From Christensenellales bacterium (lineage in GTDB: Bacteria > Bacillota > Clostridia > Christensenellales > CAG-917): a DNA stretch of 64,000 nt. The stretch's first letter is position 1. Every line of letters begins with the position of its first letter. The notes below the pieces were generated by a model. It searched no databases, was not told the DNA's origin, and worked only from the letters and a program-made list of their open reading frames with translations. The stretch lies in contig JBGUQC010000004.1 of NCBI GenBank assembly GCA_045130665.1, positions 635,217 to 699,216 of the forward strand, written 5' to 3'. Made by a program: the position numbers and the translations under genes. Below are positions 53,418 to 62,194 of this stretch, in pieces.

Positions 53418-54551
53418 CTATTCAGCTTTTATTACGGCTACATACTTTGATCCAAACATATGATCTGAATAAAAATCAGTCCACGTGTTAATAGATGCTA
53501 CCGCATTGACATGTCTGATTAATATTCCGTCCATCTCAAGTTCTTTTCGTTTGTTAATTATGTAAGAATGTAAATCATTAAAGTCTAATACAATTCCATT
53601 TCCTAACACGTTAATGCTTGTTCTTTTCAAAACTGTTTTTTCTTGCAAATACGCTTTCGGATTCTCTCTTTCTGAAAACCTCTTTGTGCATTCGATGGTA
53701 TCTACAAGCGACATAAGCATTAATAGTTTATTCTCTATTGTTACTCTTTTAGGCGAAGTCGAAAGCAAATTAAATAAAGAATATCTCCTATAAATAGCAT
53801 CTTTTTCTGCACTGTCAGATTTAAATATATTATGTGTTGCTGCAATAAAACAAGCTATCTTTTGTTCTTTCATAATAGCAGGACTAGGATAAATACCAGT
53901 CATGCCATTTTTCAATTTCGTTTTCAAGTCTCGCTCAACTTTTTTGCAATAATTGGAAAAAACGAGTGCACCTCCAATAATACCATGATCATTCTTTTCG
54001 TTCTTATCATTTTTTAATTGCTCTTTCCTATATTGGAAATAATTTAAAACCTCGTCATAAGTATATGAGAAAAAACACTTTGTTTCTTCGATTATGGACA
54101 TATTGTTTAAATATCTGAACTCTCCGCTTCCATAATCATCCATAAATAGATTATGCTCTTTAATAAGGTTTTCTATCTGTAAATCTTCATCTTTGACTTC
54201 CTTCCTAAAATAACCGTAATCATGCGTTATTGCTGTTTGTAGCCATATTCTTCCAAAATATAGCGATCCTACGCCAGCGGGATATTTGTTCAATTGAAAA
54301 GTATCAGCTAACGCAACACCCAACAACCAAGTTACCATAATATGTGTTGCCCGTTGTTTGTTAAAAATAATCGCATTCGGATCATCGTCCAAAATACATT
54401 TAATAAAATCCACACAAAGGTTACAATCGTTAATAACTTTTTCAAAGGAATTGAACTTTATTATCTTGTACTCTTCTTCATCAAGACCTATATGCAAGTT
54501 CAACAGATTATTGTATGTTTGTTCTATAAACTTATATAAAGACAATTTCAT
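53418..54551 (-). CDS. Hypothetical protein with an HD-domain-like His/Asp pattern
   Basis: 377 aa with ..RATHIMVTWLLG...LQTAITHDYGYF...NDHGIIGGALVF...AATHNIFKSD, which fits an H..HD..H..H..D layout. AT-rich gene at the island edge. The assignment is tentative. Confidence 0.4.
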   Translation of the reverse strand: MKLSLYKFIEQTYNNLLNLHIGLDEEEYKIIKFNSFEKVINDCNLCVDFIKCILDDDPNAIIFNKQRATHIMVTWLLGVALADTFQLNKYPAGVGSLYFGRIWLQTAITHDYGYFRKEVKDEDLQIENLIKEHNLFMDDYGSGEFRYLNNMSIIEETKCFFSYTYDEVLNYFQYRKEQLKNDKNEKNDHGIIGGALVFSNYCKKVERDLKTKLKNGMTGIYPSPAIMKEQKIACFIAATHNIFKSDSAEKDAIYRRYSLFNLLSTSPKRVTIENKLLMLMSLVDTIECTKRFSERENPKAYLQEKTVLKRTSINVLGNGIVLDFNDLHSYIINKRKELEMDGILIRHVNAVASINTWTDFYSDHMFGSKYVAVIKAE

Positions 54552-54657
54552 AGGTTCACTTCATGGATAGTATTTTTCTTGCTTTTTTAAAACAGCTACT
54601 CAAGCACTTGAGTATGCGATGCCAATCATATGATCATCACGTTTTGTTTTGGAATGT

Positions 54658-56310
54658 TTATATTATCTCAAAATGTTTCAACGCATCCTTGATCACTTCT
54701 ATCATCTTTTCCGATGGATGTTGACGAGGACGTTTGAGTTCTTCGACGGCGTTAGGGGCGTCGTACATAGGCAAGCCGTAACTACGTTTGACCTCGGCGA
54801 TATAAGCGGTGTGGACTTTGAAACCGTAGTTCTCTTCCACATAAGCTTGTATCATTTTGTAGGTAACCCGCTCCGCTGGTTTATAGACTTGTGCATTCTT
54901 TAATAGGGTATCCGTTTGAATACTGTTGTCCTTGTCGAAATCCACTTTAACTACGATATGACTGTCCGGAATTTTGTGGGAAAGTTGAACCAGCGTTTCA
55001 ACATGAGTCGTTTGTGGGAACATATCAAAAGGTTGAATATATGCTATCTCATACTTATCACTAAGCATTTTTATATCTCTACTTAATGTCGCAGGATTAC
55101 ATGAAATGTAAACTATCTTATCAAACTCAACTTCTTTTGCCTTTAAAACAACTTTTTCATCAATTCCTTTTCTTGGCGGATCAATAAGTAATGCTTTTAT
55201 GTTTCTATCATCAACGAGTTCATCCATAAATTTTCCAGCATCGTCACAAATACAACGAACTCTATTAGACACATTTGTACTTTCCATTAATTTCCTAGCA
55301 TCTTGAACAGCTTCTGGAACTATTTCAACAGCATCAAATTTGGACTTTGGCATACGTTTTGCTAAGTTTGCTGTTAAAATTCCAATTCCTGAATAAAGTT
55401 CTACTATATTTCCATCAAAGTTTGAAAGCTTTTCGGCAACCTTGTTGTAAAGAGCACTCATAACATCTAAATTTACCTGTAAAAATGAAAATGGGTCAAT
55501 TTTGACATTTATTCCATCTATTTGATGTAATGTTTCTTCACCATACACAAGTTGCTTAGTATCTCCTAAAATTACATTACCTGTCTTTTTGTTTGGCGAG
55601 AAATACAAACTAAAGGTTGAAAATGCCTCTTTAATTTTAGCAACTAAAGAGTCTACAAAAGGAATCTTGTCTCCAGCACCTACCAAAACAATATCTGGAG
55701 TATCTATAAACCTAACTACCAAATGTCTTAGGAAACCTTTTTTGGTTATCTCATCGTATACACTAACATTATTCTCATTAGCCCACTCTGAAAAAATCTT
55801 GATGATATCTGCTGCCCATTCTTTATGTAACGGACAAAATTTCATGGAAACTACTTTGTGGGTTTGTTTCTCATAAAAACCTAAAATTACTCTTTCTCCT
55901 CTCTTGCCAAAAGGTAATGCAAGTTTGTTTCTATATTCCCATTCATTTACAGAAACAGGGGTAGGAACATCTACCTCTATTCCAGCATTTTTCTTGAGTG
56001 TTCTTTGGATATTTAGTCTCTTAATATCTAACTGTTCTGAATAAGCAATGTGTTGCATATCACAGCCACCACATTTGCCATAATACGGACATTTTGGTTT
56101 TACTCTAAAATCGGAACTTTTAATAACTTCAACGATATCACCAAAGGCATAGTCTTTCTTTACATATGAAAGTTTGATTTTAACCTTCTCACCTTTGATT
56201 GCACCTTGTATAAAAATAGGGTAATTATCTATCTTTGCGATACCTTCTCCACCCATTCCAAAGTCTAAAATATCAACTATGAGTTCTTCGCCGATTTTAC
56301 AATATCCCAT
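54658..56310 (-). CDS. rlmD: 23S rRNA (uracil-C5)-methyltransferase RlmD/RumA, chimeric: native body plus ~100-aa island-encoded C-terminal tail
   Basis: TRAM-like N-terminus, Fe-S cysteines CPYYGKCGGCDMQH, ELYSGIG, the YISCNPATLSRD nucleophile motif and DMFPQTTHVET. The frame then continues across the att core into GC-richer island DNA. Confidence 0.85.
   Translation of the reverse strand: MGYCKIGEELIVDILDFGMGGEGIAKIDNYPIFIQGAIKGEKVKIKLSYVKKDYAFGDIVEVIKSSDFRVKPKCPYYGKCGGCDMQHIAYSEQLDIKRLNIQRTLKKNAGIEVDVPTPVSVNEWEYRNKLALPFGKRGERVILGFYEKQTHKVVSMKFCPLHKEWAADIIKIFSEWANENNVSVYDEITKKGFLRHLVVRFIDTPDIVLVGAGDKIPFVDSLVAKIKEAFSTFSLYFSPNKKTGNVILGDTKQLVYGEETLHQIDGINVKIDPFSFLQVNLDVMSALYNKVAEKLSNFDGNIVELYSGIGILTANLAKRMPKSKFDAVEIVPEAVQDARKLMESTNVSNRVRCICDDAGKFMDELVDDRNIKALLIDPPRKGIDEKVVLKAKEVEFDKIVYISCNPATLSRDIKMLSDKYEIAYIQPFDMFPQTTHVETLVQLSHKIPDSHIVVKVDFDKDNSIQTDTLLKNAQVYKPAERVTYKMIQAYVEENYGFKVHTAYIAEVKRSYGLPMYDAPNAVEELKRPRQHPSEKMIEVIKDALKHFEII
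54969..54991. repeat. attR-like junction (right island boundary, inside the rlmD reading frame)
   Basis: GAATTTTGTGGGAAAGTTGAACC is an imperfect direct repeat of 36565-36590. The core TTTTGTGG lies at 54972-54979. Confidence 0.55.
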
Positions 56311-56313
56311 GTT

Positions 56314-57462
56314 TTAGCATTCAATTTGACCATTTAAACTGGCTTTATAGTTATTTAAGAACTTTTCTATTCTTGCATAATTTGCAGACATATCTACGCC
56401 ATTTTCAGCCATTCTATCCATATACCACTTTAGATACAACTTAGTATCTTTTCTTGGTGATGGGAATGGTGTGCGAAGTACATAACAGTGTGCTCCTCTG
56501 CCTACTTTATACTCATTTTTAACGCCCTTTTCGGTCAATAATTTAGCACATCTTTTTGCCTCTCCAAAACATAATAAATCGGCAATTCCACCATTGTTGT
56601 ATGTCTCTGGGAAGTCCTTATTGAAGTAATTATATGGGGTTAATTCTTTGTAATAATCCCACTCTCTACACTTCTTTCTAGTGCTCTTTAAAGTACAATA
56701 TCTAACCATCAATAAATTGGTGCAAGGTATACGATACATTACATCAACTGAAAATGCTCCTGAGATAAAAATATTGTATTTTGGCTTTGCTTTTAACTCT
56801 GGCAAATTGAGCTTAAGTCTGTACATTTCATCTGTTGCTGCACAACTTAAACATGCTGCCATATGTCCACCACTTGAATCACCTGTGACAGTAATTAAGC
56901 TGGTATCAAAGTTATATTTCTCTGCATTATCTACAACATAGTTTAATGCATCAATACAGTCTTCAAGGTTTTGAGGGAAAACATATTCTGGACATAATCT
57001 ATGATCTATAACAACTACGGCTGCACCCATTACAGCATATAATCTTGCATATCCATCTCTTCTATTTCTATTGTGGATAACCCAACCACCACCAGGAATA
57101 TCAAGAACTACTGGTAGTTTTTCACTAACAGGTCTAGATGGAAGATAAATATCCATATAAAGAATGGTATCTCCTACCTTCTTATACTCAATATCTTTAA
57201 TTACTTTGATTTCATCTACAAAAGGTGATTTACCGTTAGGTCTGGCTCTACTTTCTTCAACCACATCAAAGATGTGAGCCATTAGTGGATCATGATTTCT
57301 AATCTTGTTTTCTATTCTTTCTTCTTTAACTAGATACTTGCAACGCTTAAGATTATTCTTTTCTAATTGCTTATCATACTTTTTAGCATGCTCTGCATCC
57401 GGGTGTTCTTCTCTCCTGCGTTGTATCTTTTCTTCACGTCTATCGAACTTTGAATAAGACAT
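56314..57462 (-). CDS. Alpha/beta hydrolase fold-3 esterase/lipase
   Basis: The DIPGGGWVIH oxyanion motif and the GDSSGGHMA nucleophile elbow. Start is the ATG at 57462 after GGGGGAG. Confidence 0.7.
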   Translation of the reverse strand: MSYSKFDRREEKIQRRREEHPDAEHAKKYDKQLEKNNLKRCKYLVKEERIENKIRNHDPLMAHIFDVVEESRARPNGKSPFVDEIKVIKDIEYKKVGDTILYMDIYLPSRPVSEKLPVVLDIPGGGWVIHNRNRRDGYARLYAVMGAAVVVIDHRLCPEYVFPQNLEDCIDALNYVVDNAEKYNFDTSLITVTGDSSGGHMAACLSCAATDEMYRLKLNLPELKAKPKYNIFISGAFSVDVMYRIPCTNLLMVRYCTLKSTRKKCREWDYYKELTPYNYFNKDFPETYNNGGIADLLCFGEAKRCAKLLTEKGVKNEYKVGRGAHCYVLRTPFPSPRKDTKLYLKWYMDRMAENGVDMSANYARIEKFLNNYKASLNGQIEC

Positions 57463-57477
57463 TATTCTCCCCCTTAA

Positions 57478-57513
57478 AAAATAAAAATGCAGCAACTAAT
57501 TGTCACTGCATTT
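57478..57513 (-). terminator. Terminator after pfkA
   Basis: AAATGCAG (57485-92) pairs with CTGCATTT (57506-13). On the minus strand the stem is followed by TTTTTATTTTTT. Confidence 0.6.
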
Positions 57514-57528
57514 ATTTTTATAAAATAA

Positions 57529-58515
57529 TTATTTAGAAATGATGTTTGCGATTTTGTAGAGTTGATGGTTGAATTCCTTATCTTCACCATATAGTGAATC
57601 TGCTATAGGAACGTCAATAATCTTTCTACCATCGATACCAACTGCTCTTCCGCCTTTACCTTCTTCGATAAGGTCTACAGCTCTAATTGCAAATCTTGCA
57701 GCAAGAACTCTGTCTAACATTGTTGGGCTACCACCACGTTGTACATAGCTTAAGTTAACAAAGTTAACTGTTCTTCCTGTAACTTGTCTTAATCTTTCCA
57801 TTAATGGTTGCTCAATTTCTTTACAACCTTCTGCAACTACTACTAAAGCAGATTCTCTATGTCTTGAAACAATTATATTGTTTACTTCATCTGCAAGCTT
57901 GTTAACATCACTTGTTTCTTCTGGACAAACGATAGTTTGTGCACCACCTGCAAGTCCTGACCATAATGCTATATCTCCACAGTTTCTTCCCATAACTTCT
58001 AGAACCATGATTCTATCATGAGATGCAATTGTATCTCTTAATGAAAGGATTGCACTTAAAACTGTATTACATGCTGTATCAAAACCAATTGTGTAGTCTG
58101 TGTATCCCATATCGTTGTCAATTGTTCCTGGAATACCAACTGCATTATATCCGAAATGATCATACATTCTTTGTACACCATGGAATGATCCGTCTCCACC
58201 AATAACGATTAGGTTTTCAATTCCACGTTTTTTAAGGTTTTCTAATGCTTTGCCTGTTCCTTCAACACAAGCAAACTCTTTTGATCTACCTGTTCTAATG
58301 ATTGTTCCACCTAATTGAACAATGTTTGTAACACTTGCATGGTCCATTGGGAAAATATCATCTTCTAAGAGACCTACATAACCACGTCCTACACCATAAA
58401 CCTCGTATCCCTTACTTAATGCATATCTTACACATGCACGAATACATGCGTTCATTCCTGGTGCATCTCCACCAGATGTTAAGATTGCTAAACGTTTTAC
58501 ATTGTGATCTGACAT
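57529..58515 (-). CDS. pfkA: ATP-dependent 6-phosphofructokinase
   Basis: ILTSGGDAPGMNA, IGGDGS, PGTIDND and MGR motifs. Confidence 0.9.
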   Translation of the reverse strand: MSDHNVKRLAILTSGGDAPGMNACIRACVRYALSKGYEVYGVGRGYVGLLEDDIFPMDHASVTNIVQLGGTIIRTGRSKEFACVEGTGKALENLKKRGIENLIVIGGDGSFHGVQRMYDHFGYNAVGIPGTIDNDMGYTDYTIGFDTACNTVLSAILSLRDTIASHDRIMVLEVMGRNCGDIALWSGLAGGAQTIVCPEETSDVNKLADEVNNIIVSRHRESALVVVAEGCKEIEQPLMERLRQVTGRTVNFVNLSYVQRGGSPTMLDRVLAARFAIRAVDLIEEGKGGRAVGIDGRKIIDVPIADSLYGEDKEFNHQLYKIANIISK

Positions 58516-58618
58516 ATTGTCCTCCTGTATGGAGTGTATCTATACACTCTCTTAAAAATCGTATGAATTATAAACTATATTTGTATATCGGTCAAATAAA
58601 ATATCTATTTTATGTTAC

Positions 58619-61600
58619 CTAGCTAATTCTTATTCTTGCTTCTCCTACTATATTCTTTAATTGATTGAGTACTTCATCTGTTGGATTTACTTTTCCTCTA
58701 TATGCTTTTCTATCTTCTTGTTTCTTTCCAACAATAATTCTAATAATGCTATCTCCTGGATTTGCTAAGCATACAGATTGAACCAAATCTTTTTCAGACT
58801 CTGTATAACAGAGTACCTTTACAAATTTACCATCCGAATCTGGTATTTTTGGCATATCTTCTTTGCCTGTTTTACCAATATCCCAAATTTCCATACTATC
58901 TACGATAATCTTTGGTTCGGCACCTTTCATGTCTATCTTACCAGTGACAACAACTGGATTTTCAGATGTAAGAGCATTGTAATCTCTTTCGTAAACCTGT
59001 GGAAACATAGTAAATTCTATATCTCCAGATAATTCTTCTAACCTACCCGCTGCAAAGACCTGGTTCTTCTTTGTCTTTTTCTTTTCCCATTTTTCTACAA
59101 CACATCCAAATTTAACTGTTTGTCCATCATATGAGTTATCATATTGATCTTCAGTAGTTTCCTCTTCTTCTGTATTGTTTGATAATAATAAATTATCAAT
59201 AGTGAATTTGAAATTGTTAAATGGAGCATAGTCATCCAAAGGATGTCCAGAAATATACATACCAAGATTTGCTTTTTCATCTCTTAGTAATTCCTGCTTT
59301 GTATATTCCTCTCTTTCAATATATGTTATAGGTTCAATATCATTTGTTACTCCAAATGCATCATCGTCAAAGAAACTTATTTGTCCGCTTTCTTTATTCT
59401 TCCTATCTTTATTTACTGCATCGAGTATAGATTTATATGATGCAATCAATGTTGCTCTATTCTTTCCAAATGAATCAAGAGCACCACTTTTAATTAAAGA
59501 CTCAATCATACGAGAATTAAGCTCATTTCCACATCTATCAAAGAAGTCTCTAATGTCTTTATAAAGGCCATTTTGCTCTCTTTCGCTTAATACTTTTTCA
59601 ATAGCTGCTTCACCAACATTTTTTATACCCATCAAGCCGAAACGAACGTTATTTCCTTCAATAGAAAACTTCTTTTTAGACTTATTTATATCTGGTTTTA
59701 GGATGTTAATTCCGATACGTTTCATGTAGCTGATATAATGGCTTTGTTCCTTCGCATCACCTATTCTATTATTGATGATTGCTGTGAGGAAGTGTACCGG
59801 GAAGTAGCACTTTAAGTATGCAGTTTGATATGATAAAACTGCGTATGCGGTAGCATGAGACTTATTAAAGCAGTAATCGGCGAAGTCATATAATTGTTGG
59901 AAAAGTGTGTTTACAACATCCTCTGGAACACCTCTTACAAGTGCACCATCAACTGTTTTTCCAGTGCCATCGCCTTGGATTTTACCACCATGGATGAATG
60001 TCTCTTTCTGTGCCATCAAAACATCAGCCTTTTTCTTGGAAATTGCTCTTCTTAAGATGTCTGCACCACCAAATGAATAGCCTGCAATTTCACGTGCTAT
60101 TTGCATAACTTGTTCTTGGTAAATAATACAGCCATAAGTAACCTCTAAAATAGGCTTAAGTTTTGGATGTAAATAAGTAACCTTTTCTGGATTTTTCTTT
60201 CCTTCAATAAATTTATCCATGAACTGCATTGGACCTGGTCTAAAAATAGAAATACCAGCTATAACGTCTTCCAATGATGTTGGTTTTAATCTAGACATGA
60301 AGTCTGTCATACCACCAGATTCTAATTGAAATACAGCCATACAGTCTCCAGAAGAAATTAATTCGTAGATCTTTGGATCATCATATCCTAACTTGTGGAA
60401 ATTAATTTCCACACCTTTATCTTCCATAATATATTTCTGGGCTTCTTTAATATCTGTTAATGTCTTTAATCCTAAGAAGTCCATCTTGAGCATTCCTAAT
60501 GGCTCAATCTGTGTCTTATCAAATTGTGTAATGACAAAGTCATTATTTTTGGCAAGTGGTATATGATTATCTACTGGATCTGAACAGATGATAACACCTG
60601 CAGCATGCATGGATGTTTGTCTAGGCATACCTTCAATCATAATAGCCTTATCTATAATTTTCTTTGCTTCAGGATTTTCATCGTATAATTTCTTAAACTC
60701 TGGTGCAAAAAGCTTACTGTTTTCATCTAAACATCCTTTGATGTTTACTTTTGGATCATTTGGTATGGTTTTTGCCCAAATGTTAGCTTCTTCATATGGA
60801 ATATTGTAGATTCTTGCTACGTCTTTTATGGCTTGTTTTGCCTTCATTGTGCCATAAGCAATAATCTGTGTAACCCTATCTGAACCATATTTCTTTGTGA
60901 CATAGTCTATTATTTCGTTTCTTCTTACATAACAGAAGTCTATATCAAAGTCTGGCATAGAAACTCTTTCTTTAGATAAGAATCTTTCGAAAATAAGTTG
61001 GAATCTTAAAGGATCTACGTCTGTTATTCCTATGGAATAAGCAACAATAGAACCAACACCAGATCCTCTTCCTGGTCCAACAGGTATATCCATCTTTCTT
61101 GCAGCATTTACATAATCCCAAACAATTAAGAAGTAAGTTGCATAGCCGCATTCGCATATAACATCCAATTCGTAGTTTAGTCTCTTTTTAATTTCTGGAG
61201 TTATATTGTCATATCTGTGTTGGATGCCTCCCCATGCTAAATCTCTTAAGTATTGTTCTGCTGTTCTTCCGTTTAAGTCTTCAGCATCAAATGGAGGTAT
61301 TAAATAATGTCCAAGATTGAGTTTGAATTCAAACTCTATCTTATTTGCAATTTCTACGGTACTCTCAAGAGCTTCTGGACACCAACCAAATAGTTCTTCC
61401 ATTTCCTCTGCAGTTTTAAGATAAAACTCTTGTTTTTCAAAACGAACATTATTAGGCTCGTTCTTTCTGCATCCTAATTGGATGCACATCATATCATCTT
61501 GTATTTCTGCATCTTCTTTCTCTATATAGTGAACGTCATTGGTTGCAACAACCTTAACACCAATCTCTTTCGCTATGCGAACTAGGTCATTTCTTACTCT

Positions 61601-62167
61601 TAATTCTTCTTCAATACCATGATCTTGGAGTTCAATATAGAAATCTCCTGGTGCAAACATATCTCTTAGTCTTATTGCATAAGCCTTAGCGTCTTCATAG
61701 CGACCTTCTAACAATAATCTAGGAATTGCACCAACAATACATGCAGATAAGCATATAAGGCCTTCTGAGTGCTTTTCAAGCACATCTAAATCAATTCTTG
61801 GCTTCATATAGAAACCATCTATGAATGCAAGTGAACTTAATTTAATTAAATTTCTATAACCAACATCATTCTTTGCAAGTAAAATTAAGTGATATCTTTT
61901 ACTATCTTTGTTTCTTTCGTACATGTTGTCACAGATATAGAACTCTTCACCAATGATTGGCTTAATACCTGTACCTTTTAAAGACTCAACAAAGGAATAT
62001 ACGCCATACATGTTGCCATGATCTGTTATTGCAACAGCATCCATATCTCTAGCTTTTAGGGCATCAGCTAAAGGATGGACGTCATGCTTGGCACCCGTTG
62101 TAAGTCTTACGCATCCATCTAATAAAGAATACTCAGTATGTAAATGTAAATGTACAAACTTCCCCAT
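58619..62167 (-). CDS. dnaE: DNA polymerase III alpha subunit (DnaE type)
   Basis: N-terminal PHP domain (FVHLHLHTEYSLLDG), palm PDFDIDF, fingers, and an OB fold near the C-terminus. 1182 aa. Confidence 0.95.
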   Translation of the reverse strand: MGKFVHLHLHTEYSLLDGCVRLTTGAKHDVHPLADALKARDMDAVAITDHGNMYGVYSFVESLKGTGIKPIIGEEFYICDNMYERNKDSKRYHLILLAKNDVGYRNLIKLSSLAFIDGFYMKPRIDLDVLEKHSEGLICLSACIVGAIPRLLLEGRYEDAKAYAIRLRDMFAPGDFYIELQDHGIEEELRVRNDLVRIAKEIGVKVVATNDVHYIEKEDAEIQDDMMCIQLGCRKNEPNNVRFEKQEFYLKTAEEMEELFGWCPEALESTVEIANKIEFEFKLNLGHYLIPPFDAEDLNGRTAEQYLRDLAWGGIQHRYDNITPEIKKRLNYELDVICECGYATYFLIVWDYVNAARKMDIPVGPGRGSGVGSIVAYSIGITDVDPLRFQLIFERFLSKERVSMPDFDIDFCYVRRNEIIDYVTKKYGSDRVTQIIAYGTMKAKQAIKDVARIYNIPYEEANIWAKTIPNDPKVNIKGCLDENSKLFAPEFKKLYDENPEAKKIIDKAIMIEGMPRQTSMHAAGVIICSDPVDNHIPLAKNNDFVITQFDKTQIEPLGMLKMDFLGLKTLTDIKEAQKYIMEDKGVEINFHKLGYDDPKIYELISSGDCMAVFQLESGGMTDFMSRLKPTSLEDVIAGISIFRPGPMQFMDKFIEGKKNPEKVTYLHPKLKPILEVTYGCIIYQEQVMQIAREIAGYSFGGADILRRAISKKKADVLMAQKETFIHGGKIQGDGTGKTVDGALVRGVPEDVVNTLFQQLYDFADYCFNKSHATAYAVLSYQTAYLKCYFPVHFLTAIINNRIGDAKEQSHYISYMKRIGINILKPDINKSKKKFSIEGNNVRFGLMGIKNVGEAAIEKVLSEREQNGLYKDIRDFFDRCGNELNSRMIESLIKSGALDSFGKNRATLIASYKSILDAVNKDRKNKESGQISFFDDDAFGVTNDIEPITYIEREEYTKQELLRDEKANLGMYISGHPLDDYAPFNNFKFTIDNLLLSNNTEEEETTEDQYDNSYDGQTVKFGCVVEKWEKKKTKKNQVFAAGRLEELSGDIEFTMFPQVYERDYNALTSENPVVVTGKIDMKGAEPKIIVDSMEIWDIGKTGKEDMPKIPDSDGKFVKVLCYTESEKDLVQSVCLANPGDSIIRIIVGKKQEDRKAYRGKVNPTDEVLNQLKNIVGEARIRIS

Positions 62168-62194
62168 CTTTCTCCTATGATTTATATCTCTTTT

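Larger units (their letters stand above)
36573..54979. mobile_element. ~18.4-kb integrative mobilisable island (Tn4451-like backbone) inserted in the 3' end of rlmD
   Basis: Composition shifts at both ends. Flanking imperfect direct repeats are present. A terminal large serine recombinase, a TnpV-like protein and a MOBV-like relaxase are encoded, with no T4SS or phage genes. Confidence 0.8.

Noticed and set aside
36573-54979. The island as a prophage or a self-transmissible ICE
   Set aside because: No terminase, portal, capsid, tail or lysis genes are present. No VirB4/VirD4-type ATPases or other T4SS components are present either. Only a relaxase and recombinase are encoded, so a mobilisable element is the better fit.
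36573-54979. Antibiotic-resistance cargo, as carried by Tn4451 (catP) and related elements
   Set aside because: I could not recognise any ORF resembling chloramphenicol acetyltransferase, erm, tet or aminoglycoside-modifying enzymes. The 206-aa nucleotidyltransferase does not show the Lnu or KNTase sequence patterns I know, and it is paired with an HEPN gene.
55011-55018. Alternative crossover at the second TTTGTGGG (55011-55018) inside rlmD
   Set aside because: Joining the flanks there would delete the conserved THVE catalytic motif from the reconstructed native RlmD, ending it in ...DMFPQKNILIK. The 54972-54979 core instead restores a plausible ...HVETLVQLSHKKTF end.
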